A DNA stretch of 64,000 nucleotides from Eledone cirrhosa (Eukaryota). The stretch's first letter is position 1. Every line of letters starts with the position of its first letter. Positions 11,122-23,602 of this stretch are shown here, piece by piece. The stretch covers positions 25,048,001 to 25,112,000 of the forward strand of contig OZ024749.1 in NCBI GenBank assembly GCA_964016885.1. The letters are read 5' to 3'. The translations under genes were made by a program, and so were the position numbers. The notes beneath the pieces were generated by a model. It was not told where the DNA came from. It did not search any database and saw nothing but the letters and a program-made list of their open reading frames with translations.

Positions 11122-12985
11122 CTATTTTGGTGTTGAAAGTGAAGAAAGAAAAGCACTTACCTCTCCGGGTTGCGTAATTTCCATGGCATCAGGTGTGTTG
11201 GGTGGAGGGATGTTTTGTGGTGGTGTGGGGGTACACATGTGTGGTGGGGTTGGGGTATTTGGAGTTGTGTCAGGGAGAGGGGCGGTTATGGGGAAATCTT
11301 TCAAGAGGACGCGATTCAACGGTTTTAAACAGGGGGGGCTCACGTCCCGTCTAAATTGTTCTTTTAAGGAACGATAAAGGTCCAGAGGGACCTTTATCAT
11401 TTTTAAATGGGTGAAGTTCTCTGTTGAGATAAAGTTTGGCCCTTCGGTCTGCACCATAGGGTTATTGTTTATTAATTTAACCAGTTTTTTGTTTTCTTTA
11501 TTTATATATGTGTATTGCAACGTCTTTTTTTGTGATGCTGTCAATGTTTCGGAGAGGGGAGGCGCAGATTTATTTTTGTTTGTTGAGGGTGGGGTGTTTT
11601 TGATTGGAGTTGGTGTTTGTGTGTGGGTTATTTGTGGTGTGCTGGGTGTGTGTTTTCTTTTTTTTCTTTTAACTTGTCTGAAGGCTTCTCCTCCTTCTTC
11701 TTCAGAAGTTGGGGGAAACTCTTCAGCGCTAGGTGGGAGGGACGTGTTGTGTGGTTGTTTTTTTTTTTGCGGGAGGGGTAGATTTGTTACTGTTTTTTTT
11801 ATTATTTGTTTGGAATGGGTTTTGTGGTGGTGGTGGTGGTAATGTTTGTGTCGTGCTTGTGGTTGGTGATGGTGGTGGTGATGTTTGTGTTGTGGTTGGT
11901 GGTGGTGATTTTTGTGTCGTGCTTGTGTTTGGTGCTGGTGGTGGTGATGTTTGTGTTGTGTTTGTGGTTGGTGGTGTCTGTATTTTGTTTGCTGTGTGTG
12001 GTATTAGTGTATTTTTGGAGGTGGGTGGTGCTGGTGTACTGTTTGTGGTGGGTGTGGGCAATAGTCCTTTTTGGGGGATACGTTTCGGGCAGTTAGCCTT
12101 AACGTGTCCCCTTTCCATGCATAAATAGCATGCTGGTCTTCTCCCCTCTACAATTATGTCTATTGGGGTAAGGTCATCCAGCCAGATGCGATCCGGGATT
12201 TGTGCTATTCTTTCGGGCCTCATTTGGACTAGTATGTCGAGGCCCATTCCCAGGAACGCATCTCCAGTTGCCTTCCCCATTGACAGCATAGTGTCTTCGC
12301 CCATATCAATGAAGCCAGCAATAGCCCACCAGAAGTCCATTGTGGGCAGCATTGTTTTTACTTTTACTCTCTGTGTTCTTCTACCCATGTAGGAGGGATA
12401 GAAGCTATATGTTGTCGACGAGAGTGGGCTTAGGGAAAGCTTCTCCGCCGTTTCTTTGTCTCTTGTTAGGACCGAAATGCTGCCATAGAGTCGGTCCTTT
12501 CGTATGAAGAGAATATTCTTCATATAGTCTTTTATGACTAACTCTATTTCCATTTGGCTGGGCTGTGCTGGCTTTCTTGTCTGGTTCAGTATAGTTCTGT
12601 ATATAACTGTGTTTTCTGCTCTGGCTTTCTTGAATTCTGGGGGGGAGTTAATGGAAAACATTCCGTTCTCCCCCAAAACAATATGTTTCTTTGCTTCGGC
12701 CAGTTTTTCTCTGGCGGCAGTTAGGTCAATTGGTGTGTATGTAATGGATTGCTTTGTTTTCTGGGCGAAAGTTGCCCTGTCGTTATTTGTATTATTTTCT
12801 GTTTGTTTGTTTTCTGTTTGCTCATTTTCCTTAACATTTGTTTTTTCATTTTGTTTGTTTGTTTCAATGTCTAATTTTGTTGTAATTATTTTTTGTTCTT
12901 CAGACTTGGGGGGCGTGGCAGAGCTAATGGCAGACATGTCTGCCATCTTTTCCGCCATGCTGCCAAGAAAGAAATTTTTCGGCAA
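11122..12985 (-). CDS. ORF1 nucleic-acid-binding protein with one frameshift (11729-12985 plus the frame containing 11122-11544)
   Basis: Zinc knuckle CYLCMERGHVKANC and Pro/Thr-rich repeats. The C-terminal part is homologous to 4160-4822. The frame changes around the homopolymer runs at ~11758-11800. Confidence 0.85.
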
Positions 12986-13159
12986 AAATAGATATTTATT
13001 TTACCCCCTAAAAAGGGGGTAAATGCAAAAATGTTTCCCTAAATAACAGGGGTTAGTGTTCCAAATGTGTTGCACTAAAAAATTTATCCGGTACTTACAA
13101 TAGTAAGGGTAAATCCCGATGGAATAGCGGAGCCGATGCGAAGCGTGTCTTACTCTATC

Positions 13160-13160
<1 letters not shown>

Positions 13161-13224
<64 letters not shown>

Positions 13225-13238
13225 GGATAGATAGATAT

Positions 13239-13269
<31 letters not shown>

Positions 13270-13318
13270 TACAGGATAGATAGACAGATAGATAGATAGA
13301 TAGACAGGATAGATAGAC
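13161..13318. repeat. (GATA)n microsatellite at the 5' flank of element 2
   Basis: Direct inspection. Confidence 0.97.
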
Positions 13319-13605
13319 ATGTATTGATCAAAAGTTCTTACAGTATTTATTGTGGTTATGAGGTATTCTTTCTTCATATAATCTTAATAGAGGGTTCCAT
13401 TATAGTAATGTGACATTCTTCTCCATTTTCATTTTAGCGTAGCGTGTGGTCTAAATATGATGTGTCGAATATTATCTTGCTCTAGCAGCACCAGAGATAT
13501 ATTCGCGTTGGTTATTCTGAAGTACGCACACACACACATGCACAAACAAACAAACACACACACATACAAACACACACACACATGCATATATACATACACA
13601 CACAG

Positions 13606-13666
<61 letters not shown>

Positions 13667-14294
13667 TATACATACATATAAATATATACATACATACATA
13701 TATATATATGTATACACGAATACATATATCTACATATAATATGAATATATATATATATATATATATGTATATTCATGTATATATAAATGTCAACATATAC
13801 ATACATATATTACATGCATAGGTGTTTATTCGTGTGTTCATGGTTAAATATATATATATATATATATATATATGCATATACAAGTCTTCACTCGTATGTA
13901 TATCATCACAAGTTAAGCTAAAATATTTCAATAATGAAATCTCCAGCAGGACTTCTAGGAATACAGGAATGCCTTTCAAAGCAGATTTTCTCCGGAAGAT
14001 GAATAATAATTCGTCTGTAGCTTCGGTTCTACCGAATGGAAGCAGTCAAATATGGACGTGAATTATATTCAGAGCTGACATATCAATGACATTTGGGATT
14101 CTACAATAACATGAAATCTGCATCGAAATACATTTGATTACATATCTTCTGTCAACCTGAATATATATAATCTACTCCAGACATTCACCTACAGTTGCAT
14201 GCAAATATAGGAACAGTTCTTACTTTTGCTAATAGGTAGACATAGACATACGGGTAGTGTTTCGAATATAAGACTTTCCTGTAAACATCAAGAT

Positions 14295-14362
<68 letters not shown>

Positions 14363-14388
14363 ACACACATACATACACACATACACAT

Positions 14389-14438
<50 letters not shown>

Positions 14439-14934
14439 CGAAACATATATATATATATATATATATTTCGTTTCTGAATTTGTTTAAAACAAATAGAACA
14501 AACAACCAACCAGTAACATGTAAATAAACACATAAATAAACAAATAAAAACCCTCAAAAAACCTCTTCCACTCTTGTCATGCCATTGGCTATTGTTACTC
14601 TACGTCATCTTAAGTTCTGGTCACTATTTACCGCCACACGAGTCATCAGCCATTTTCCGTCCATCACACTTCCATGGCGTCATGCTGGGTTCAGTATCTC
14701 ACACGTCTGTTCACACTCCAGAGCAAGCACCCACACATACGAATACACACACACACAGGCAGACACAGACACATGCGTGCATACACACAAGCACACATAC
14801 ATGCGTAGACACACGCACCCCATACACGTATATATGCACACACACTTCTCCCTCACTTCCACAGACACAGGCACACCCACTTCTAGAAGGGTTCAGTATC
14901 TGACACGTCTGTTCACACTCGGCGCATCGAAAAC

Positions 14935-15127
14935 GATAAATGGAAAACATGAAACGAAATTTCATATCTGACTCTTAGTACGGCTGTTACTTTAATATAA
15001 GTATGTATACGTACATACATATATGTATACAGACGTACAGTAGTATGTATATATATACATACATGCACAAGTAACAGCCGTACTAAGAGCGAGAAATGAA
15101 ATTTCGTTTCATTTTTTTTCCATTTAT
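14935..15127. repeat. Inverted repeat with ~55-bp arms
   Basis: ATAAATGGAAAA..GAAACGAAATTTCAT..CTCTTAGTACGGCTGTTACTT is reverse-complemented at 15069-15127. Confidence 0.8.
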
Positions 15128-15882
15128 ATACATATCGGCTCAGTAGTTACCGATGATGTTGATCTTTTCTTCTTTTCGGGTTATAGCTAGTCAGCTCAGA
15201 GAGTGGGATTGGCTATAACCTTTTAAAAATATCTTCACGCACAGGCATTGCACGATAGAATTAATTAATAATTATTGATAATGGTACATCGTGCAACGGC
15301 CATACTCGATAACGAGGGGGCAGCCATCATCAGATATATATGTATATGTATGTGACATGTGTTAACCCATCGGGTATTAAGCTATGAAAATTACATACCA
15401 TTTGCCTTCTTAAGTATACGCTGAACAAGGGTCTTAGCAAACTAATAATCCCCAGTAGCTTGCTTGGGTAATTTATTACTGATTTATTACATGTCTTACA
15501 ATGCTTCGTATTAGCTATATTGCTACATAGATTTGTGTATTTTCATTTGACTGTTGACAAATCATTTGTTTAAACTTTTTCATTAAATGTGTAGGAGTTG
15601 ATTTGAACGAATAACTGATTTCTCAGGAAAATAGGAAAACTCGGTGTATGAAAGCTATTAGAACCACAAAATACCGTCGAAGCGGCGTTGGGTATAATAT
15701 TACCTCCAAGGACAGAGATCAGAGGCTAGATGTGAGTTGACTCGAAGGAAGGAAGGGAAGATATGAAGGAGGAAAAAGAACGGATGAAAGCGAACAAGTC
15801 ACAATCATTTAAATATGCGCTTCAGATCTGAACCAAATGCAGTTTCGACGAATAGCTGAATGTTTATCATAGAATAAATATG

Positions 15883-16068
15883 AATTGTTTCTACGTTAGG
15901 CACAAGGCCAGTTATTAACCAGTGCATTACTGGTACTTTATTTTATCGACCTCGTAAGGATGAAAGGTAAATTTAACCTCGGCGGGATTTGAACTTAGAA
16001 TGCCAAGGGCCGTAACTCTATGCGTCAAAGCATGGCGTCCGACCCTCTAACAATACTGCCAATCCACC
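15883..16068 (-). mobile_element. tRNA-derived SINE, family A
   Basis: Reverse complement of the 22064-22254 repeat, with a B-box-like GTTCAAATCC. Confidence 0.85.
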
Positions 16069-17206
16069 AAATATTAATGATTTCTAATTTAGGCAGAAGG
16101 CCAGCCATTTGTAGGGTGGTAATTCTATCATTTTGACACCGGTACGAGACTGGTACTAAATTTGCTTGACTCCAGATGGATGAAAGGCAACGTTGAATAT
16201 ATGGAGCCAGGACGAATAATTCTAATCATTTACTTAACGCTCAAACAACTCCGTAAGTCCATCGACATGATCCACTATATTTTAAAGTGTAAATTATTTC
16301 TTGAGAACGGAAACTCTTAAGGCCGGTAGTTATACCAAATTCCGTAGTGTTAAGGGATTGAGGGTACAAATTTCCCCAGTACAGGACAGTGTTAAAACCC
16401 CTTTATTCTCAGATAATCCAAATGATACTCTTATTCAGCTGAATATACAGGAGCAATGTGAAAGGAAGTGTTTTGCTTATCAACACAACAAACAACGCAG
16501 TCCAGGAATCGATCCCATCGCATTATGATCGTAAGTCAAACTTAGTTACCTCTAGAAATTGAGAGAGTACGATATATTTTCCTTGGCTTTTAAAACAAAT
16601 TAAAGATGTAGATGAGATTCAAAGTTTTAAATATAGAATTGAGTCTACTTCGTCAACATAGCTCATCACAACCATTAATCTTACTTATGTCTTGCATTTA
16701 GATAAAGACTAAGATGCATTATTACATTAGAAAACATTTACGCACTTCCAAAGTAAAATAGCGCTAGTTTTTGCAAAGTTTAACATATTGCAACGTAATG
16801 CAAATTCATTGAATGTATTATCAAAAAAAGTTCGCCTTTTAATGGAATAGTTCTGTATTTGGTGCCATATTTAAAGTTTATAACATATAAATATGCTTGG
16901 AACATATTTAGCCTTCCAGCAACATTATAATGTGAGCAACCAAACACAACAACCAATTCCTTGTTGGCAAGAATTTTAACGTTTCGTCCGAAATACTGCA
17001 ATGTTGCTGCAAGGCTAAATACTCTAGATTCATATTTAAATCTTTTAAAAGATTAAACATGGTTCACGTGTTTCGGCATACTGAAATCAGAAATATTTAA
17101 TAAGCATGAAGAAGGTGAATATATATTTCACTCTCTCTCCCCATCTCTCGCTCACTCTCTCTCTCTCTATCTCCCTCACTCTCTTTATAGATATATTTAT
17201 AACATA

Positions 17207-17287
<81 letters not shown>

Positions 17288-17773
17288 ACTTAAGCACGTA
17301 CATACACACACAGATACTTAAGTGCGCACGTACGCATTTATAAGTATATACATAGATACATACATGCATACATACATTCATACATACATATATACATACT
17401 TTCATGGATGCACGATCATAGAAGCACAGACACACACACACACACACATACACACATATATATATATAATCACATATTGCTGGCATTTATAATTAGCTTC
17501 AGTACATTTCATGTACACTTTCGATCACTCTCTTTTCCTTCTCACTGTCTTTATTTTTCTGTATCCTTCTTTCTCTCTCACCAGAAAAATATGAGCATAT
17601 GTATATAGAGAGATAGAGAGATAAATAAACACACCGAGCATATAGATACATACATCGGTGTATAGTTAAATACATGAAAGATAATTTGATAGATAGTTAC
17701 AAGGTGAAAGCTATTGATAATTGCTATATGGATGTTTAGACACAGATAAATAGATAGATAGTAACACACACAT

Positions 17774-17825
<52 letters not shown>

Positions 17826-17870
17826 GGGGTAGAACTGATAAATAGGTATATGGATTGAAGAATAGGTGGA

Positions 17871-17871
17871 C

Positions 17872-17926
<55 letters not shown>
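17871..17926. repeat. (GATA)n microsatellite without an inserted element
   Basis: Direct inspection. Confidence 0.95.
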
Positions 17927-18557
17927 GGCACAGTGACGTTTTTTTTCTTCTTTGAATATGTATTTACAATGGGTCATAGTTATAATACAGTAAAAGGAAT
18001 AACAACGATAATTATCATTATTTCTTACATAGAAACAGGGCTTAAAATATTCAGAGTAGGAGCCTGAGTAAATTTAATGACTCTGCTCATAAACTTAGTC
18101 TGTATGCTATTATATCTGAACATGATTTCGATTTAGATAATAGGGTTTATAGTATTAAGTTTCAAGACTATCATTAAAAAGTGTTTGCCAATACATCACG
18201 TTTCTTATAAGTCTCACAGCAATTGTATTTCTTAGCTACCAGGTCAGTTGTACATGAAGTAAACTGGATATAGCACAATTAAGGTTATTCTCGATATATA
18301 ATAGGATTATATATAGGATGTATGTATATAGGATTGGATTAGAAACGAATGGTACGGAATTCACGTCCATCGGATTCGACGATGAGCTTACCAGTTATTT
18401 GAACAGGAAAGTCACTTTCCTTCTTTATATATATATATACATATATATTGATTTTGTGTGTTGTGTATTGTGTATTGTGCGTTTTTCAAAAACACACAAC
18501 ACTCAACACACAACACACAAAAACAAAATGGTGTAGGACAGAACAACATAAGAAGCT

Positions 18558-18603
18558 AGTGACTGAAGAGGTCACAGAATCTGTGATGAAAGAGCTTTGA
18601 CAA
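18558..18603 (+). ncRNA. Minimal type-I hammerhead ribozyme motif (Penelope pLTR remnant)
   Basis: CTGAAGA-G-GTCACAG(AAT)CTGTGAT-GAAA-GAGC-TT-TGAC. Homologous to 59624-59668. Confidence 0.6.
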
Positions 18604-18659
18604 TATCTAAACAACCTTCCGGTTATCGAACCAACCAACCTATATATATATGTATATAG

Positions 18660-19295
18660 TAATAATAATAAATTTGAAGACTAAAATCCAAAGAGGGCTC
18701 GATAAGGATAAATATATATCAAATATATAAGAACCGTAGAGCAAATATTTATTTCTATTACTTCTGTATTGTATTTATTTACTGTATTGTATTTATTTCT
18801 ATTACTTCTGTATTGTATTTATTTACTTTGTTCTTAACTCTGTAGCGGAGATTCATTTGGTCTCCTAGTTAGAATTTTAGTCTACGACTTCTGCTATACC
18901 ATTTACGTGGTTTTGTCTTTGCGTGCTTTGTTCTCCACGCTCCACATATGACGTATTATCTTCGTTTTTTCGTTCATTGCCAGAGAACGTCTCTATGCAC
19001 CACCTAAGAGAACATTAGTCTACGACCTCTTTTATACCATAAACGTGGTTCTGTCTTTGCGCGTAAATGTTTTTCACCGCTCCTATTAATGACGTATTAT
19101 TCGTTTTTTCCCGTTCTTCGCCAGCGAACGTTTCCACGAACCAAAGTATCGTCTTCCTGTCTTCCTCCAGTTGCAACGTTTTTTGTAATATCCAGTTCTG
19201 CGTTTACAGATTGACTTTGTTAGTTTCAGAAGATCCCGTTAAGGGTGAAAGCAGCGATTCTTTGCTTAAACTTTAATCTGTTATTTTAATAAATA
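18660..19295. mobile_element. Unclassified non-autonomous element in (TA)n
   Basis: Left end TTTGAAGACTAAAATCCAAA recurs at ~39808 and ~41096. Right end CTTTGCTTAAACTTTAATCTGTTATTTTAAT recurs at ~35491 (rc), 39890-40035 and ~41150. Confidence 0.6.
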
Positions 19296-20357
19296 TATAT
19301 ATGTATATAAAATATTAAAAAAATATATACATATACATATATATGTATGATTTTGTAAACCCATATACAGTTAGTTGAGCTCTATCAATTGAATCTTCAT
19401 ACGGATTGGACACTATCGTAAACTCTTGGTAGATTTATCTACATATATGTATATATATATATATATACCATTTGATTATTTCATTAACATGTATTTACCG
19501 ATCCAGGGTAGAATTTTATCCGCTATTATCTGACATAATTCATGTTCCTTCTCTCCTTGCTATGATTTATAATTAGCTCGGCCCCACTTCCTGAGAGGTC
19601 CCATGATATTAGGGGGTGTAATGTGAATTTCTAACTCTATATTCTAATTTTACACACACACACGCACACATATGAATGTATATATATATATTATATATAT
19701 ATATATATAGGAAAATGTTTGACCTCGACGGCAGAGCCCAAGCCGTTTCGACAGCTATTTATGGACTCGAAGAATTAGTACGTGTTTGCAGATGTGAAAT
19801 GTATGTGTACCTACCTATCTTATCATATACACATAAAGTTACTCTATCCAACACATACACACAATAAATATCCCTATTAGTCATAAAACATACGCCATAA
19901 CATGTATATACAGATATATATATATAGATGGATGGATGGATGGATGGGTGTGTGTTTGTGTGTCTGTGTTTATGATATGATGTATGTATGTATATATAAA
20001 ACACAAACTATAAACATTGTGGTATATAAATAAACATAAACACAGCGGAATAAAGAAGTCATAGATAATTACAGAAACTAGCAATTTAATTTTTTCTTTG
20101 ATTTGTTGAATATTAATTAAACGATAACCGTTTCCAACTGTATTCAGTGAAAACATGAAATCGAAGATTTAATTCCGACCAACATCAAAGTAATAGCAAA
20201 ACAAACACGTGATTAAGTCTTCCCGAATATCAGAAATATTACTGTCTGTATGGATGGGGGAAATTTTAATTGTCGACAAACTATTAGATGAATAGAAATT
20301 AAATTACAGGCGTTGTTAATGTAGGCGTTTGTTTTTGCTATAGTATCAGCGATAACC

Positions 20358-20958
20358 TACGAGGTTGGGCTGAAATATTCATAGTCTGACTATAAAGGCT
20401 TGATGCTAGAGCTGTGAAAACTAGCATGCATTAATTTCAGCTCTTGTTATTAATAACTGTATTGTTTCTTTTGAAGGAATATGTTGAAAAATGAAACAGT
20501 GATGTTAGGGCTGTGAAATCTTACATACATTAATTTTAACTCTTATTAATAATTGTTTCTTTTTCAAGGACTATGTTGAAAAATAAAACACATTTTCTCA
20601 TTGCATGAGAGTATCTTGGTTACAGTCTCACTATGAAAGATTGATGCTAGAGCTGTGAAATCTGACATACATTAATTTCAAATCTCGTTATTGATAAAAG
20701 CATTGTTTCTCTTCAAGAAATATGTTGAAAAATAAACATCATTTGATCATTCCGTGAGGGTATCTTGGTCATATACTGACTATGAAAGAGTGGTGTTGGA
20801 GCTGTGAAATCTAGTATGCATTAATTTCAACTCTTGTTATCAATAACTGCATTTTCAAGAAATATGTTGAAAAATAAACCTCATTTAGTTATTCCATGAG
20901 AGTAACTTTGTCAGCCTATGAAATGTTCAACCATTGAACTTTTCAGCTGATCGTTGTA
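20358..20958 (+). mobile_element. Mariner-type MITE with four internal tandem copies
   Basis: TA-bounded imperfect TIRs (TACGAGGTTGGGCTGAAA / TTTCAGCTGATCGTTGTA). The internal repeat ends TATGTTGAAAAATAA (YVEK*), as at mariner transposase C-termini. Confidence 0.6.
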
Positions 20959-21293
20959 TTTGCGTATAATTGCTTCGAGGGAAAGATAGAGGAGATAAAA
21001 ATGGGAAAGAGATATAGAGGAAGAATCTGCCCAAGTACTTGACTGGTTTTTTTATTTAAACTAGATGAAATGCATATTTGACCTCGCCCGGATTTAAGCT
21101 CACGGAGTAAGTAGCCGAAAGGAATTACTCAAATCATTCTGTCCGCCTACTTATACATACTTATATACATATATACTTATATACATATATATACATATAT
21201 TCCTATTTGAATAAGTCTAGATACATGTCTATAAGTCTAGATACATCTGTACATGGATACACGTGTAGCAGAATTACTACATTATTAGCTCCC

Positions 21294-21415
21294 TTGCCAT
21301 TCTGTGTTCAAATCCCGCCGAAGTTAACTTTGCCATTTATCCATACGGGGTCGATAAAATAAAGTACCAGTAATGCACTGGGTAATTGCTGGCCTTGTGC
21401 AAAAAGTAGAAACAA
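21294..21415 (+). mobile_element. 5'-truncated SINE family A with a 13-bp target-site duplication
   Basis: Flanked on both sides by ATTATTAGCTCCC. The body matches the 3' two-thirds of family A. Confidence 0.85.
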
Positions 21416-22063
21416 TTATTAGCTCCCGTGCAGATATCCAGATTCATTTTATGGCTATTTATATCTGGAGTTCAATATACATACTTATATACGTATATAC
21501 TTATATCCATATATACTTATATACATAAATATATACATATATTCCTATGTGTATAAGTCTAGATACATGTGTACAGATACATGTGTATAAGTCTGGATAC
21601 ATGTATATAAGTCTAGATACATGTGTACATGGATACACATGTAGTAGAATTACTACATTATTAGCTCCCGTGCAGATCTCCATATTCATGTTATGGCTAT
21701 TTATATCTGGAGTTCAAATTCTGAGTGACTGATGACTGTAGTGTTGACGCCGGAGGCTCATTTGATGTGTCCACTCTACCATGGCTACCAACGTTTTTTT
21801 TCTCAATTCAAAAAGCGTTAAATATAAATTTAAAAGCCGAGTCAAATGAGAGGAGTTCCTACTAGATCACGTCAACCAAATCTCCATACAGTTTATTTTT
21901 TATACATAACATTTTGATATCCAAATAGCTAATTATAGCAGTGCCATGACCTTGATACGCCTTGGTCTCATTAGAATATAAGAAGTTAAGGGCCGAAACA
22001 TTTAATGAAGAAGGGTTAGTGCTCTGAAGAGTTTCTGCTCTGCAGCTCTCTTGAGACTTTATT

Positions 22064-22254
22064 AGGGCGGTGGATTGGCAGTATCGGTAGAGGGTCGGAC
22101 GCCATGCTTTCCAGCATAGTTACGTCCCTTTACGATCTGAGTTCAAATCCCGCCGAGGTTGACTTTGCCTTTCATCCTTACGGGGTCGATAAAATAAAGT
22201 ACCAGTAATGTACTGGGTAATTTCTGGCCTTGTGCCAATAGTAGAAACAATTAT
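22064..22254 (+). mobile_element. tRNA-derived SINE, family A (~190 bp)
   Basis: A-box-like TGGCAGTATCGG and B-box GAGTTCAAATCCC. Central GCCTTTCATCCTTACGGGGTCGATAAAATAAAGTACCAG (resembles the Meta-SINE domain, from memory). Ten or more copies in the window. Confidence 0.88.
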
Positions 22255-23429
22255 AACCTTGAATTCAAATCTTGTTAAATTTAGCTCACACTTTCTTCAT
22301 TATAATATCGATGAAATGAAATGATATTCAAGTACCCTAAATTGTAACTGCTTGTGTCAACGTATGTATCACTGCTGTAAATTATACGTTCTTTATATAA
22401 GTATATCTTATATTTGTGTGTATATCCTTCTGTGGGTTGTACGTATTTATACATTCGTTATATCGTGTGCGTGTTATTATATTAATATTCTTTCATGCAT
22501 TGTTGTAAATGTTGTCTCATGTATGTGGCATATTGTCTAAATTTTATCTCATAGCCCTAGGTTTTACATATATTTGGCAATTTCTTAACTAAAAATGAAT
22601 ATATCACGAATATTTTAAGAAATCACACCACTACGATCTTGATGCTTTTATACAATTTTACATTATTATGGACAAAAATATTTTTAGTTTTTCTTGACTT
22701 CGTTTTACAATGGCAATTTTGGCGAATGAAATAACGGAGAGTAGAATTTAAATCTATAACATCGCCTAAAGGAAGTTCATTCACATTTGCATGATTCTAT
22801 GCTAGACAATATGATACTGATGATAACATTTCTAAGCAACACGAGAAAAAAGATGTGCTTAATGAATTTAACCAATTCCTTATTTTAAATGTATATCTTT
22901 TGAAAGCCACGAGATAAAAAAAAAGTTACTATAATAAAGTCATGTAAAATATGGAGAGAAAAGCATACAAAACAAATAGTATTTTTCTCTCGATGGTGCC
23001 AAACTGTCAAATATTCCAAAGAAAGCATACATCATGTTGGGAAGAAGATATGAAACAAAAAATAAACAATATTTCAAAAAGCTGATATTTGAAACAAATT
23101 TTCAAGGTGTTGAAGATGAGTTCTGGAGCATAAATCTAAAGTTTCAACAATTTGAAATCTAAAATTCAAATTTTTATATTTTATCTTTTAACTTTTAGCT
23201 GGTAAATGCTAATATTTTCGCTCCATGTTGTTATCTGTTTTATAAGACAGCGAAATAGAATTTTCTAAATAGATGTTGGTAGTTTTTGGAGAGATTATCT
23301 TACAAAATATCCTTCTATATTTGGTGACGGCTTCTTACATAACAGGTTCAGATCTGGTGGCGCTTGACAAGGTGATAATTGTTGTGGATTTACGATAATA
23401 ATATTGTGGATTCCATTGCTGGACTGATT

Positions 23430-23602
23430 CGTGTGTTTTGTTCTTGAGTAAAACATTTCATTTCCCACTGCCCGAGTATACTCAGCTGAAACTGAGTACC
23501 AAGAATAGCTGGGGATTTAACTGTGTGGTGGACTGGCGTGCAGTCCATGGGTGATTTATTTACTGTCAATCGATTCGTATAACAGAAACCGGGATAAGTA
23601 CA
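23430..23602 (+). mobile_element. SINE family B fragment
   Basis: Matches the reverse complement of 35980-36238 (TGTTCTTGAG.AAAACA, CAGCTGAAA.TGAGTACC, GAAACCGGGATAAG). Confidence 0.65.

Larger units (their letters stand above)
7455..13160 (-). mobile_element. Full-length, near-intact L1/Tx1-clade retrotransposon (element 2)
   Basis: 5' UTR, ORF1, intact ORF2, and 3' UTR with AATAAA. GATA repeats on both sides. Confidence 0.95.

Noticed and set aside
11729-11850. Programmed ribosomal frameshift in ORF1
   Set aside because: Element 1 shifts frame at a different position (~4910). A homopolymer error or decay is the simpler explanation.
618-13022. Plus-strand ORFs overlapping the Tx1 elements
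   Set aside because: Antisense shadows of ORF1/ORF2 with no independent motifs.
13429-13821. [12 protein letters not shown] ORFs here and throughout the window
   Set aside because: They are translations of (TA)n, (CA)n and (GATA)n microsatellites.
13880-14210. Unique-looking sequence as a possible exon
   Set aside because: Stops in the plausible frames and no recognisable motif.
16780-17030. 73-aa minus ORF as a host exon
   Set aside because: No recognisable domain or convincing splice sites. Needs RNA evidence.
20400-20900. CRISPR-like array
   Set aside because: Eukaryotic context, and the units are long degenerate repeats without unique spacers.
22064-22254. tRNA gene
   Set aside because: It has A/B boxes but no cloverleaf, and many dispersed copies share a body, so it is a SINE.
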